The position numbers and the translations under genes were made by a program. DNA of 64,000 bases. Origin: Auanema rhodensis. Lineage: Eukaryota; Animalia; Nematoda. Below the pieces are notes generated by a model, which saw only the letters and a program-made list of their open reading frames with translations, did not search any database and was not told the DNA's origin. Shown here piece after piece: positions 1 through 15,179 of the stretch. How positions within the stretch are numbered: the first letter of the stretch is position 1; the number at the start of each line of letters is the position of its first letter. The stretch covers positions 1 through 64,000 of the forward strand of contig CAXKVF010000079.1 of assembly GCA_964057225.1 (NCBI GenBank). Direction: 5' to 3'.

Positions 1-3000
1 AATTTTTATTGATATTGGTTCATGGTAACCGATGACTTTGAAATTTACGTGAACTTTAATTTATGCTAATTAAATGTACACTTGATGTGCACTGTATGTA
101 ACTCGCTTCACGTGAAAGATAAAGAGATGCGGTTTTCAAAATTAGATTCCCCATGTCCATATTAGTCTAAAAACCAATTTTTATTGATATTGTGTCATGG
201 TAACCATGACTTTGAAATTTACGTGAACTTTAATTTATGCTAATTAAATGTACACGTGATGTGCACTTGGTATGTAACTCGCTTCACGTGAAAGATAAAG
301 AGATGCGGTTTTCAAATTAGATTCCCCATGTCCATATTAGTCTAAAACAAATTTTTATTGATATTGGTTCATGGTAACCATGACTTTGAAATTTACGTGA
401 ACTTTAATTTATGCTAATTAAATGTACACGTGATGTGCACTTGGTATGTAACTCGCTTCACGTGAAAGATAAAGAGATGCGGTTTTCAAAATTAGAATCC
501 CCATGTCCATATTAGTCTAAAAACCAAATTTTTATTGATATTAATTCATGATAACCATGACTTTTGAAATTTACGTGAACTTTAATTTATGCTAATTAAA
601 TGTACACGTGATGTGCACTTGGTATGTAACTCGCTTCACGTGAAAGATAAAGAGATGCGGTTTTCAAAATTAGATTCCCCATGTCCATATTAGTCTAAAA
701 ACAAATTTTTATTGATATTGGTTCATGGTAACCATGACTTGAAATTTACGTGAACTTTAATTTATGCTAATTAAATGTACACGTGATGTGCACTTGGTAT
801 GTAACTCGCTTCACGTGAAAGATAAAGAGATGCGGTTTTCAAAATTAGATTCCCCATGTCCATATTAGTCTAAAAACAAATTTTTTATTGATATTGGTTC
901 ATGGTAACCATGACTTTGAAATTTACGTGAACTTTAATTTATGCTAATTAAATGTACACGTGATGTGCACTTGGTATGTAACTCGCTTCACGTGAAAGAT
1001 AAAGAGATGCGGTTTTCAAAATTAGAATCCCCATGTCCATATTAGTCTAAAAACAAATTTTTATTGATATTAATTCATGATAACCATGATTTTGAAATTT
1101 ACGTGAACTTTAATTTATGCTAATTAAATGTACACGTGATGTGCACTTGGTATGTAACTCGCTTCACGTGAAAGATAAAGAGATGCGGTTTTCAAATTAG
1201 ATTCCCCATGTCCATATTAGTCTAAAAACAAATTTTTATTGATATTGGTTCATGGTAACCATGACTTTGAAATTTACGTGAACTTTAATTTATGCTAATT
1301 AAATGTACACGTGATGTGCACTTGGTATGTAACTCGCTTCACGTGAAAGATAAAGAGATGCGGTTTTCAAAATTAGATTCCCCATGTTCATATTAGTCTA
1401 AAAACAAATTTTTATTGATATTGGTTCATGGTAACCATGACTTTGAAATTTACGTGAACTTTAATTTATGCTAATTAAATGTACACGTGATGTGCACTTG
1501 GTATGTAACTCGCTTCACGTGAAAGATAAAGAGATTCGGTTTCAAAATTAGAATCCCCATGTCCATATTAGTCTAAAAACAAATTTTTATTGATATTAAT
1601 TCATGATAACCATGATTTTTGAAATTTACGTGAACTTTAATTTATGCTAATTAAATGTACACGTGATGTGCACTTGGTATGTAACTCGCTTCACGTGAAA
1701 GATAAAGAGATGCGGTTTTCAAAATTAGATTCCCCATGTCCATATTAGTCTAAAAACAAATTTTAATTGATATTGGTTCATGGTAACCATGACTTTGAAA
1801 TTTACGTGAACTTTAATTTATGCTAATTAAATGTACACGTGATGTGCACTTGGTATGTAACTCGCTTCACGTGAAAGATAAAGAGATGCGGTTTTCAAAA
1901 TTACATTCCCCATGTCCATATTAGTCTAAAAACAAATTTTTATTGATATTGGTGCATGGTAACCATGACTTTGAAATTTACGTGAACTTTAATTTATGCT
2001 AATTAAATGTACACGTGATGTGCACTTGGTATGTAACTCGCTTCACGTGAAAGATAAAGAGATGCGGTTTTCAAAATTAGATTCCCCATGTTCATATTAG
2101 TCTAAAAACAAATTTTTATTGATATTGGTTCATGGTAACCATGACTTTGAAATTTACGTGAACTTTAATTTATGCTAATTAAATGTACACGTGATGTGCA
2201 CTTGGTATGTAACTCGCTTCACGTGAAAGATAAAGAGATGCGGTTTTCAAAATTAGATTCCCCATGTCCATATTAGTCTAAAAACAAATTTTTATTGATA
2301 TTGGTTCATGGTAACCATGACTTTGAAATTTACGTGAACTTTAATTTATGCTAATTAAATGTACACGTGATGTGCACTTGTATGTAACTCGCTTCACATG
2401 AAAGATAAAGAGATGCGGTTTTCAAAATTAGATTCCCCATGTTCATATTAGTCTAAAAACAAATTTTTATTGATATTGGTTCATGGTAACCATGACTTTG
2501 AAATTTACGTGAACTTTAATTTATGCTAATTAAATGTACACGTGATGTGCACTTGGTATGTAACTCGCTTCACGTGAAAGATAAAGAGATGCGGTTTTCA
2601 AAATTAGATTCCCCATGACCATATTAGTCTAAAAACAAATTTTTATTGATATTGGTTCATGGTAACCATGACTTTGAAATTTACGTGAACTTTAATTTAT
2701 GCTAATTAAATGTACACATGATGTGCACTTGGTATGTAACTCGCTTCACGTGAAGATAAAGAGATGCGGTTTTCAAAATTAGATTCCCCATGTCCATATT
2801 AGTCTAAAAACAAATTTTTATTGATATTGGTTCATGGTAACCATGACTTTGAAATTCACGTGAACTTTAATTTATGCTAATTAAATGTACACGTGATGTG
2901 CACTTGGTATGTAACTCGCTTCACGTGAAAGATAAAGAGATGCGGTTTTCAAAATTAGATTCCCCATGTCCATATTAGTCTAAAAACCAAATTTTTATTG

Positions 3001-5339
3001 ATATTGGTTCATGGTAACCATGACTTTGAAATTTACGTGAACTTTAATTTATGCTAATTAAATGTACACGTGATGTGCACTTGGTATGTAACTCGCTTCA
3101 CGTGAAAGATAAAGAGATGCGGTTTTCAAAATTAGATTCCCCATGTCCATATTAGTCTAAAAACAAATTTTTATTGATATTGGTTCATGGTAACCATGAC
3201 TTTGAAATTTACGTGAACTTTAATTTATGCTAATTAAATGTACACGTGATGTGCACTTGGTATGTAACTCGCTTCACGTGAAAGATAAAGAGATGCGGTT
3301 TTCAAAATTAGATTCCCCATGTCCATATTAGTCTAAAAACAAATTTTTATTGATATTGGTTCATGGTAACCATGACTTTGAAATTTACGTGAACTTTAAT
3401 TTATGCTAATTAAATGTACACGTGATGTGCACTTGGTATGTAACTCGCTTCACGTGAAAGATAAAGAGATGCGGTTTTCAAAATTAGAATCCCCATGTCC
3501 ATATTAGTCTAAAAACAAATTTTTATTGATATTAATTCATGATAACCATGATTTTGAAATTTACGTGAACTTTAATTTATGCTAATTAAATGTACACGTG
3601 ATGTGCACTTGGTATGTAACTCGCTTCACGTGAAAGATAAAGAGATGCGGTTTTCAAAATTAGATTCCCCATGTCCATATTAGTCTAAAAACAAATTTTT
3701 ATTGATATTGGTTCATGGTAACCATGACTTTGAAATTTACGTGAACTTTAATTTATGCTAATTAAATGTACACGTGATGTGCACTTGGTATGTAACTCGC
3801 TTCACGTGAAAGATAAAGAGATGCGGTTTTCAAAATTAGATTCCCCATGTCCATATTAGTCTAAAAACAAATTTTTATTGATATTGGTTCATGGTAACCA
3901 TGACTTTGAAATTTACGTGAACTTTAATTTATGCTAATTAAATGTACACGTGATGTGCACTTGGTATGTAACTCGCTTCACGTGAAAGATAAAGAGATGC
4001 GGTTTTCAAAATTAGAATCCCCATGTCCATATTAGTCTAAAAACAAATTTTTATTGATATTAATTCATGATAACCATGATTTTGAAATTTACGTGAACTT
4101 TAATTTATGCTAATTAAATGTACACGTGATGTGCACTTGGTATGTAACTCGCTTCACGTGAAAGATAAAGAGATGCGGTTTCAAAATTAGATTCCCCATG
4201 TCCATATTAGTCTAAAAACAAATTTTTATTGATATTGGTTCATGGTAACCATGACTTTGAAATTTACGTGAACTTTAATTTATGCTAATTAAATGTACAC
4301 GTGATGTGCACTTGGTATGTAACTCGCTTCACGTGAAAGATAAAGAGATGCGGTTTTCAAAATTAGATTCCCCATGTCCATATTAGTCTAAAAACAAATT
4401 TTTATTGATATTGGTTCATGGTAACCATGACTTTGAAATTTACGTGAACTTTAATTTATGCTAATTAAATGTACACGTGATGTGCACTTGGTATGTAACT
4501 CGCTTCACGTGAAAGATAAAGAGATGCGGTTTTCAAAATTAGATTCCCCATGTCCATATTAGTCTAAAAACAAATTTTTATTGATATTGGTTCATGGTAA
4601 CCATGACTTTGAAATTTACGTGAACTTTAATTTATGCTAATTAAATGTACACATGATGTGCACTTGGTATGTAACTCGCTTCACGTGAAAGATAAAGAGA
4701 TGCGGTTTTCAAAATTAGATTCCCCATGTCCATATTAGTCTAAAAACAAATTTTTATTGATATTGGTTCATGGTAACCATGACTTTGAAATTTACGTGAA
4801 CCTTTAATTTATGCTAATTAAATGTACACGTGATGTGCACTTGGTATGTAACTCGCTTCACGTGAAAGATAAAGAGATGCGGTTTTCAAAATTAGATTCC
4901 CCATGTCCATATTAGTCTAAAAACAAATTTTTATTGATATTGGTTCATGGTAACCATGACTTTGAAATTTACGTGAACTTTAATTTATGCTAATTACATG
5001 TACACGTGATGTGCACTTGGTATGTAACTCGCTTCACGTGAAAGATAAAGAGATGCGGTTTTCAAAATTAGATTCCCCATGTCCATATTAGTCTAAAAAC
5101 AAATTTTTATTGATATTGGTTCATGGTAACCATGACTTTGAAATTTACGTGAACTTTAATTTATGCTAATTAAATGTACACGTGATGTGCACTTGGTATG
5201 TAACTCGCTTCACGTGAAAGATAAAGAGATGCGGTTTTCAAAATTAGATTCCCCATGTCCATATTAGTCTAAAAACAAATTTTTATTGATATTGGTTCAT
5301 GGTAACCATGACTTTGAAATTTACGTGAACTTAATTTAT

Positions 5340-6500
5340 GCTAATTAAATGTACACGTGATGTGCACTTGGTATGTAACTCGCTTCACGTGAAAGATAAA
5401 GAGATGCGGTTTTCAAAATTAGAATCCCCATGTCCATATTAGTCTAAAAACAAATTTTTATTGATATTAATTCATGATAACCATGATTTTGAAATTTACG
5501 TGAACTTTAATTTATGCTAATTAAATGTACACGTGATGTGCACTTGGTATGTAACTCGCTTCACGTGAAAGATAAAGAGATGCGGTTTTCAAAATTAGAT
5601 TCCCCATGTCCATATTAGTCTAAAAACAAATTTTTTCCATATTAGTCTAAAAACAAATTTTTTCCATATTAGTCTAAAATCAAATTTTTATTGATATTGG
5701 TGCATGGTAACCATGACTTTGAAATTTACGTGAACTTTAATTTATGCTAACACGTGATGTGCACTTGGTATGTAACTCGCTTCACGTGAAAGATAAAGAG
5801 ATGCGGTTTTCAAAATTAGATTCCCCATGTCCATATTAGTCTAAAAACAAATTTTTATTGATATTGGTTCATGGTAACCATGACTTTGAAATTTACGTGA
5901 ACTTTAATTTATGCTAATTAAATGTACACGTGATGTGCACTTGGTATGTAACTCGCTTCACGTGAAAGATAAAGAGATGCGGTTTTCAAAATTAGAATCC
6001 CCATGTCCATATTAGTCTAAAAACAAATTTTTATTGATATTAATTCATGATAACCATGATTTTGAAATTTACGTGAACTTTAATTTATGCTAATTAAATG
6101 TACACGTGATGTGCACTTGGTATGTAACTCGCTTCACGTGAAAGATAAAGAGATGCGGTTTTCAAAATTAGATTCCCCATGTCCATATTAGTCTAAAAAC
6201 AAATTTTTTCCATATTAGTCTAAAAACAAATTTTTTCCATATTAGTCTAAAATCAAATTTTTATTGATATTGGTGCATGGTAACCATGACTTTGAAATTT
6301 ACGTGAACTTTAATTTATGCTAACACGTGATGTGCACTTGGTATGTAACTCGCTTCACGTGAAAGATAAAGAGATGCGGTTTTCAAAATTAGATTCCCCA
6401 TGTCCATATTAGTCTAAAAACAAATTTTTATTGATATTGGTTCATGGTAACCATGACTTTGAAATTTACGTGAACTTTAATTTATGCTAATTAAATGTAC
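5340..6500 (+). repeat. 573-bp trimer unit duplicated in tandem, containing a 27-bp triplication and a 9-bp deletion
   Basis: TCCATATTAGTCTAAAA(A/T)CAAATTTTT x3 at 5609-5689 and again from 6182. TTAAATGTA is deleted at ~5750 and ~6323. Offset 573 = 3x176+54-9. Outer boundaries are approximate. Confidence 0.93.
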
Positions 6501-9500
6501 ACGTGATGTGCACTTGGTATGTAACTCGCTTCACGTGAAAGATAAAGAGATGCGGTTTTCAAAATTAGATTCCCCATGTCCATATTAGTCTAAAAACAAA
6601 TTTTTATTGATATTGGTTCATGGTAACCATGACTTTGAAATTTACGTGAACTTTAATTTATGCTAATTAAATGTACACGTGATGTGCACTTGGTATGTAA
6701 CTCGCTTCACGTGAAAGATAAAGAGATGCGGTTTTCAAAATTAGATTCCCCATGTCCATATTAGTCTAAAATCAAATTTTTATTGATATTGGTGCATGGT
6801 AACCATGACTTTGAAATTTACGTGAACTTTAATTTATGCTAATTAAATGTACACGTGATGTGCACTTGGTATGTAACTCGCTTCACGTGAAAGATAAAGA
6901 GATGCGGTTTTCAAAATTAGATTCCCCATGTCCATATTAGTCTAAAAACACATTTTTATTGATATTGGTGCATGGTAACCATGACTTTGAAATTTACGTG
7001 AACTTTAATTTATGCTAATTAAATGTACACGTGATGTGCACTTGGTATGTAACTCGCTTCACGTGAAAGATAAAGAGATGCGGTTTTCAAAATTAGATTC
7101 CCCATGTCCATATTAGTCTAAAAACAAATTTTTATTGATATTGGTGCATGGTAACCATGACTTTGAAATTTACGTGAACTTTAATTTATGCTAATTAAAT
7201 GTACACGTGATGTGCACTTGGTATGTAACTCGCTTCACGTGAAAGATAAAGAGATGCGGTTTTCAAAATTAGATTCCCCATGTCCATATTAGTCTGAAAA
7301 CAAATTTTTATTGATATTGGTTCATGGTAACCATGACTTTGAAATTTACGTGAACTTTAATTTATGCTAATTAAATGTACACGTGATGTGCACTTGGTAT
7401 GTAACTCGCTTCACGTGAAAGATAAAGAGATGCGGTTTTCAAAACTAGATTCCCCATGTCCATATTAGTCTAAAAACAAATTTTTATTGATATTGGTTCA
7501 TGGTAACCATGACTTTGAAATTTACGTGAACTTTAATTTATGCTAATTAAATGTACACGTGATGTGCACTTGGTATGTAACTCGCTTCACGTGAAAGATA
7601 AAGAGATGCGGTTTTCAAAATTAGATTCCCCATGTCCATATTAGTCTAAAAACAAATTTTTATTGATATTGGTTCATGGTAACCATGACTTTGAAATTTA
7701 CGTGAACTTTAATTTATGCTAATTAAATGTACACGTGATGTGCACTTGGTATGTAATTCGCTTCACGTGAAAGATAAAGAGATGCGGTTTTCAAAATTAG
7801 AATCCCCATGTCCATATTAGTCTAAAAACAAATTTTTATTGATATTAATTCATGATAACCATGATTTTGAAATTTACGTGAACTTTAATTTATGCTAATT
7901 AAATGTACACGTGATGTGCACTTGGTATGTAACTCGCTTCACGTGAAAGATAAAGAGATGCGGTTTTCAAAATTAGATTCCCCATGTCCATATTAGTCTA
8001 AAAACAAATTTTTATTGATATTGGTTCATGGTAACCATGACTTTGAAATTTACGTGAACTTTAATTTATGCTAATTAAATGTACACGTGATGTGCACTTG
8101 GTATGTAACTCGCTTCACGTGAAAGATAAAGAGATGCGGTTTTCAAAATTAGATTCCCCATGTCCATATTAGTCTAAAAACAAATTTTTATTGATATTGG
8201 TTCATGGTAACCATGACTTTGAAATTCACGTGAACTTTAATTTATGCTAATTAAATGTACACGTGATGTGCACTTGGTATGTAACTCGCTTCACGTGAAA
8301 GATAAAGAGATGCGGTTTTCAAAATTAGATTCCCCATGTCCATATTAGTCTAAAATCAAATTTTTATTGATATTGGTGCATGGTAACCATGACTTTGAAA
8401 TTTACGTGAACTTTAATTTATGCTAATTAAATGTACACGTGATGTGCACTTGGTATGTAACTCGCTTCACGTGAAAGATAAAGAGATGCGGTTTCCAAAA
8501 TTAGATTCCCCATGTTCATATTAGTCTAAAAACAAATTTTTATTGATATTGGTTCATGGTAACCATGACTTTGAAATTTACGTGAACTTTAATTTATGCT
8601 AATTAAATGTACACGTGATGTGCACTTGGTATGTAACTCGCTTCACGTGAAAGATAAAGAGATGCGGTTTTCAAAATTAGATTCCCCATGTCCATATTAG
8701 TCTAAAAACAAATTTTTATTGATATTGGTTCATGGTAACCATGACTTTGAAATTTACGTGAACTTTAATTTATGCTAATTAAATGTACACGTGATGTGCA
8801 CTTGGTATGTAATTCGCTTCACGTGAAAGATAAAGAGATGCGGTTTTCAAAATTAGAATCCCCATGTCCATATTAGTCTAAAAACAAATTTTTATTGATA
8901 TTAATTCATGATAACCATGATTTTGAAATTTACGTGAACTTTAATTTATGCTAATTAAATGTACACGTGATGTGCACTTGGTATGTAACTCGCTTCACGT
9001 GAAAGATAAAGAGATGCGGTTTTCAAAATTAGATTCCCCATGTCCATATTAGTCTAAAAACAAATTTTTATTGATATTGGTTCATGGTAACCATGACTTT
9101 GAAATTTACGTGAACTTTAATTTATGCTAATTAAATGTACACGTGATGTGCACTTGGTATGTAACTCGCTTCACGTGAAAGATAAAGAGATGCGGTTTTC
9201 AAAATTAGATTCCCCATGTCCATATTAGTCTAAAAACAAATTTTTATTGATATTGGTGCATGGTAACCATGACTTTCAAATTTACGTGAACTTTAATTTA
9301 TGCTAATTAAATGTACACGTGATGTGCACTTGGTATGTAACTCGCTTCACGTGAAAGATAAAGAGATGCGGTTTTCAAAATTAGATTCCCCATGTCCATA
9401 TTAGTCTAAAAACAAATTTTTATTGATATTGGTTCATGGTAACCATGACTTTGAAATTCACGTGAACTTTAATTTATGCTAATTAAATGTACACGTGATG

Positions 9501-12500
9501 TGCACTTGGTATGTAACTCGCTTCACGTGAAAGATAAAGAGATGCGGTTTTCAAAATTAGATTCCCCATGTCCATATTAGTCTAAAATCAAATTTTTATT
9601 GATATTGGTGCATGGTAACCATGACTTTGAAATTTACGTGAACTTTAATTTATGCTAATTAAATGTACACGTGATGTGCACTTGGTATGTAACTCGCTTC
9701 ACGTGAAAGATAAAGAGATGCGGTTTTCAAAATTAGATTCCCCATGTTCATATTAGTCTAAAAACAAATTTTTATTGATATTGGTTCATGGTAACCATGA
9801 CTTTGAAATTTACGTGAACTTTAATTTATGCTAATTAAATGTACACGTGATGTGCACTTGGTATGTAACTCGCTTCACGTGAAAGATAAAGAGATGCGGT
9901 TTTCAAAATTAGATTCCCCATGTCCATATTAGTCTAAAAACAAATTTTTATTGATATTGGTTCATGGTAACCATGACTTTGAAATTTACGTGAACTTTAA
10001 TTTATGCTAATTAAATATACACGTGATGTGCACTTGGTATGTAACTCTCTTCACGTGAAAGATAAAGAGATGCGGTTTTCAAAATTAGATTCCCCATGTC
10101 CATATTAGTCTAAAAACAAATTTTTATTGATATTGGTGCATGGTAACCATGACTTTGAAATTTACGTGAACTTTAATTTATGCTAATTAAATGTACACGT
10201 GATGTGCACTTGGTATGTAACTCGCTTCACGTGAAAGATAAAGAGATGCGGTTTTCAAAATTAGATTCCCCATGTCCATATTAGTCTAAAAACAAATTTT
10301 TATTGATATTGGTGCATGGTAACCATGACTTTGAAATTTACGTGAACTTTAATTTATGCTAATTAAATGTACACGTGATGTGCACTTGGTATGTAACTCG
10401 CTTCACGTGAAAGATAAAGAGATGCGGTTTTCAAAATTAGATTCCCCATGTCCATATTAGTCTAAAAACAAATTTTTATTGATATTGGTGCATGGTAACC
10501 ATGACTTTGAAATTTACGTGAACTTTAATTTATGCTAATTAAATGTACACGTGATGTGCACTTGGTATGTAACTCGCTTCACGTGAAAGATAAAGAGATG
10601 CGGTTTTCAAAATTAGATTCCCCATGTCCATATTAGTCTAAAAACAAATTTTTATTGATATTGGTGCATGGTAACCATGACTTTGAAATTTACGTGAACT
10701 TTAATTTATGCTAATTAAATGTACACGTGATGTGCACTTGGTATGTAACTCGCTTCACGTGAAAGATAAAGAGATGCGGTTTTCAAAATTAGATTCCCCA
10801 TGTCCATATTAGTCTAAAAACAAATTTTTATTGATATTGGTTCATGGTAACCATGACTTTGAAATTTACGTGAACTTTAATTTATGCTAATTAAATGTAC
10901 ACGTGATGTGCACTTGGTATGTAACTCGCTTCACGTGAAAGATAAAGAGATGCGGTTTTCAAAATTAGATTCCCCATGTCCATATTAGTCTAAAATCAAA
11001 TTTTTATTGATATTGGTGCATGGTAACCATGACTTTGAAATTTACGTGAACTTTAATTTATGCTAATTAAATGTACACGTGATGTGCACTTGGTATGTAA
11101 CTCGCTTCACGTGAAAGATAAAGAGATGCGGTTTTCAAAATTAGATTCCCCATGTCCATATTAGTCTAAAAACAAATTTTTATTGATATTGGTGCATGGT
11201 AACCATGACTTTGAAATTTACGTGAACTTTAATTTATGCTAATTAAATGTACACGTGATGTGCACTTGGTATGTAACTCGCTTCACGTGAAAGATAAAGA
11301 GATGCGGTTTTCAAAATTAGATTCCCCATGTCCATATTAGTCTAAAAACAAATTTTTATTGATATTGGTTCATGGTAACCATGACTTTGAAATTTACGTG
11401 AACTTTAATTTATGCTAATTAAATGTACACGTGATGTGCACTTGGTATGTCACTCGCTTCACGTGAAAGATAAAGAGATGCGGTTTTCAAAATTAGATTC
11501 TTCATGTCCATATTAGTCTAAAAACAAATTTTTATTGATATTGGTTCATGATAACCATGACTTTGAAATTTACGTGAACTTTAATTTATGCTAATTAAAT
11601 GTACACGTGATGTGCACTTGGTATGTAACTCGCTTCACGTGAAAGATAAAGAGATGCGGTTTTCAAAATTAGAATCCCCATGTCCATATTAGTCTAAAAT
11701 AAATTTTTATTGATATTAATTCATGGTAACCATGACTTTGAAATTTACGTGAACTTTAATTTATGCTAATTAAATGTACACGTGATGTGCACTTGGTATG
11801 TAATTCGCTTCACGTGAAAGATAAAGAGATGCGGTTTTCAAAATTAGAATCCCCATGTCCATATTAGTCTAAAAACAAATTTTTATTGATATTAATTCAT
11901 GATAACCATGATTTTGAAATTTACGTGAACTTTAATTTATGCTAATTAAATGTACACGTGATGTGCACTTGGTATGTAACTCGCTTCACGTGAAAGATAA
12001 AGAGATGCGGTTTTCAAAATTAGATTTCCCATGTCCATATTAGTCTAAAAACAAATTTTTATTGATATTGGTTCATGGTAACCATGACTTTGAAATTTAC
12101 GTGAACTTTAATTTATGCTAATTAAATGTACACGTGATGTGCACTTGGTATGTAACTCGCTTCACGTGAAAGATAAAGAGATGCGGTTTTCAAAATTAGA
12201 TTCCCCATGTCCATATTAGTCTAAAAACAAATTTTTATTGATATTGGTGCATGGTAACCATGACTTTCAAATTTACGTGAACTTTAATTTATGCTAATTA
12301 AATGTACACGTGATGTGCACTTGGTATGTAACTCGCTTCACGTGAAAGATAAAGAGATGCGGTTTTCAAAATTAGATTCCCCATGTCCATATTAGTCTAA
12401 AAACAAATTTTTATTGATATTGGTTCATGGTAACCATGACTTTGAAATTTACGTGAACTTTAATTTATGCTAATTAAATGTACACGTGATGTGCACTTGG

Positions 12501-14040
12501 TATGTAACTCGCTTCACGTGAAAGATAAAGAGATGCGGTTTTCAAAATTAGATTCCCCATGTCCATATTAGTCTAAAAACAAATTTTTATTGATATTGGT
12601 TCATGGTAACCATGACTTTGAAATTTACGTGAACTTTAATTTATGCTAATTAAATGTACACGTGATGTGCACTTGGTATGTAACTCGCTTCACGTGAAAG
12701 ATAAAGAGATGCGGTTTTCAAAATTAGATTCCCCATGTCCATATTAGTCTAAAAACAAATTTTTATTGATATTAATTCATGATAACCATGACTTTGAAAT
12801 TTACGTGAACTTTAATTTATGCTAATTAAATGTACACGTGATGTGCACTTGGTATGTAACTCGCTTCACGTGAAAGATAAAGAGATGCGGTTTTCAAAGC
12901 TAGATTCCCCATGTCCATATTAGTCTAAAAACAAATTTTTATTGATATTGGTGCATGGTAACCATGACTTTGAAATTTACGTGAACTTTAATTTATGCTA
13001 ATTAAATGTACACGTGATGTGCACTTGGTATGTAACTCGCTTCACGTGAAAGATAAAGAGATGCGGTTTTCAAAATTAGATTCCCCATGTCCATATTAGT
13101 CTAAAAACAAATTTTTATTGATATTGGTGCATGGTAACCATGACTTTGAAATTTACGTGAACTTTAATTTATGCTAATTAAATGTACACGTGATGTGCAC
13201 TTGGTATGTAACTCGCTTCACGTGAAAGATAAAGAGATGCGGTTTTCAAAATTAGATTCCCCATGTCCATATTAGTCTAAAAACAAATTTTTATTGATAT
13301 TGGTTCATGGTAACCATGACTTTGAAATTTACGTGAACTTTAATTTATGCTAATTAAATGTACACGTGATGTGCACTTGGTATGTCACTCGCTTCACGTG
13401 AAAGATAAAGAGATGCGGTTTTCAAAATTAGATTCTTCATGTCCATATTAGTCTAAAAACAATATTTTTATTGATATTGGTTCATGATAACCATGACTTT
13501 GAAATTTACGTGAACTTTAATTTATGCTAATTAAATGTACACGTGATGTGCACTTGGTATGTAACTCGCTTCACGTGAAAGATAAAGAGATGCGGTTTTC
13601 AAAATTAGAATCCCCATGTCCATATTAGTCTAAAAACAAATTTTTATTGATATTAATTCATGGTAACCATGACTTTGAAATTTACGTGAACTTTAATTTA
13701 TGCTAATTAAATGTACACGTGATGTGCACTTGGTATGTAATTCGCTTCACGTGAAAGATAAAGAGATGCGGTTTTCAAAATTAGAATCCCCATGTCCATA
13801 TTAGTCTAAAAACAAATTTTTATTGATATTAATTCATGATAACCATGATTTTGAAATTTACGTGAACTTTAATTTATGCTAATTAAATGTACACGTGATG
13901 TGCACTTGGTATGTAACTCGCTTCACGTGAAAGATAAAGAGATGCGGTTTTCAAAATTAGATTCCCCATGTCCATATTAGTCTAAAAACAAATTTTTATT
14001 GATATTGGTTCATGGTAACCATGACTTTGAAATTTACGTG

Positions 14041-14380
14041 AACTTTAATTTATGCTAATTAAATGTACACGTGATGTGGTATGTAACTCGCTTCACGTGA
14101 AAGATAAAGAGATGCGGTTTTCAAAATTAGATTCCCCATGTCCATATTAGTCTAAAAACAAATTTTTATTGATATTGGTTCATGGTAACCATGACTTTGA
14201 AATTTACGTGAACTTTAATTTATGCTAATTAAATGTACACGTGATGTGGTATGTAACTCGCTTCACGTGAAAGATAAAGAGATGCGGTTTTCAAAATTAG
14301 ATTCCCCATGTCCATATTAGTCTAAAAACAAATTTTTATTGATATTGGTGCATGGTAACCATGACTTTCAAATTTACGTG
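14041..14380 (+). repeat. Two adjacent 170-bp monomers with the same 6-bp deletion
   Basis: GATGTGCACTTGGTATG reads GATGTGGTATG at ~14079 and ~14249; spacing 170. Confidence 0.95.
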
Positions 14381-15179
14381 AACTTTAATTTATGCTAATT
14401 AAATGTACACGTGATGTGCACTTGGTATGTAACTCGCTTCACGTGAAAGATAAAGAGATGCGGTTTTCAAAATTAGATTCCCCATGTCCATATTAGTCTA
14501 AAAACAAATTTTTATTGATATTGGTTCATGGTAACCATGACTTTGAAATTCACGTGAACTTTAATTTATGCTAATTAAATGTACACGTGATGTGCACTTG
14601 GTATGTAACTCGCTTCACGTGAAAGATAAAGAGATGCGGTTTTCAAAATTAGATTCCCCATGTCCATATTAGTCTAAAAACAAATTTTTATTGATATTGG
14701 TTCATGGTAACCATGACTTTGAAATTCACGTGAACTTTAATTTATGCTAATTAAATGTACACGTGATGTGCACTTGGTATGTAACTCGCTTCACGTGAAA
14801 GATAAAGAGATGCGGTTTTCAAAATTAGATTCCCCATGTCCATATTAGTCTAAAATCAAATTTTTATTGATATTGGTGCATGGTAACCATGACTTTGAAA
14901 TTTACGTGAACTTTAATTTATGCTAATTAAATGTACACGTGATGTGCACTTGGTATGTAACTCGCTTCACGTGAAAGATAAAGAGATGCGGTTTTCAAAA
15001 TTAGATTCCCCATGTCCATATTAGTCTAAAAACAAATTTTTATTGATATTGGTTCATGGTAACCATGACTTTGAAATTTACGTGAACTTTAATTTATGCT
15101 AATTAAATGTACACGTTATGTGCACTTGGTATGTAACTCGCTTCACGTGAAAGATAAAGAGATGCGGTTTTCAAAATTA

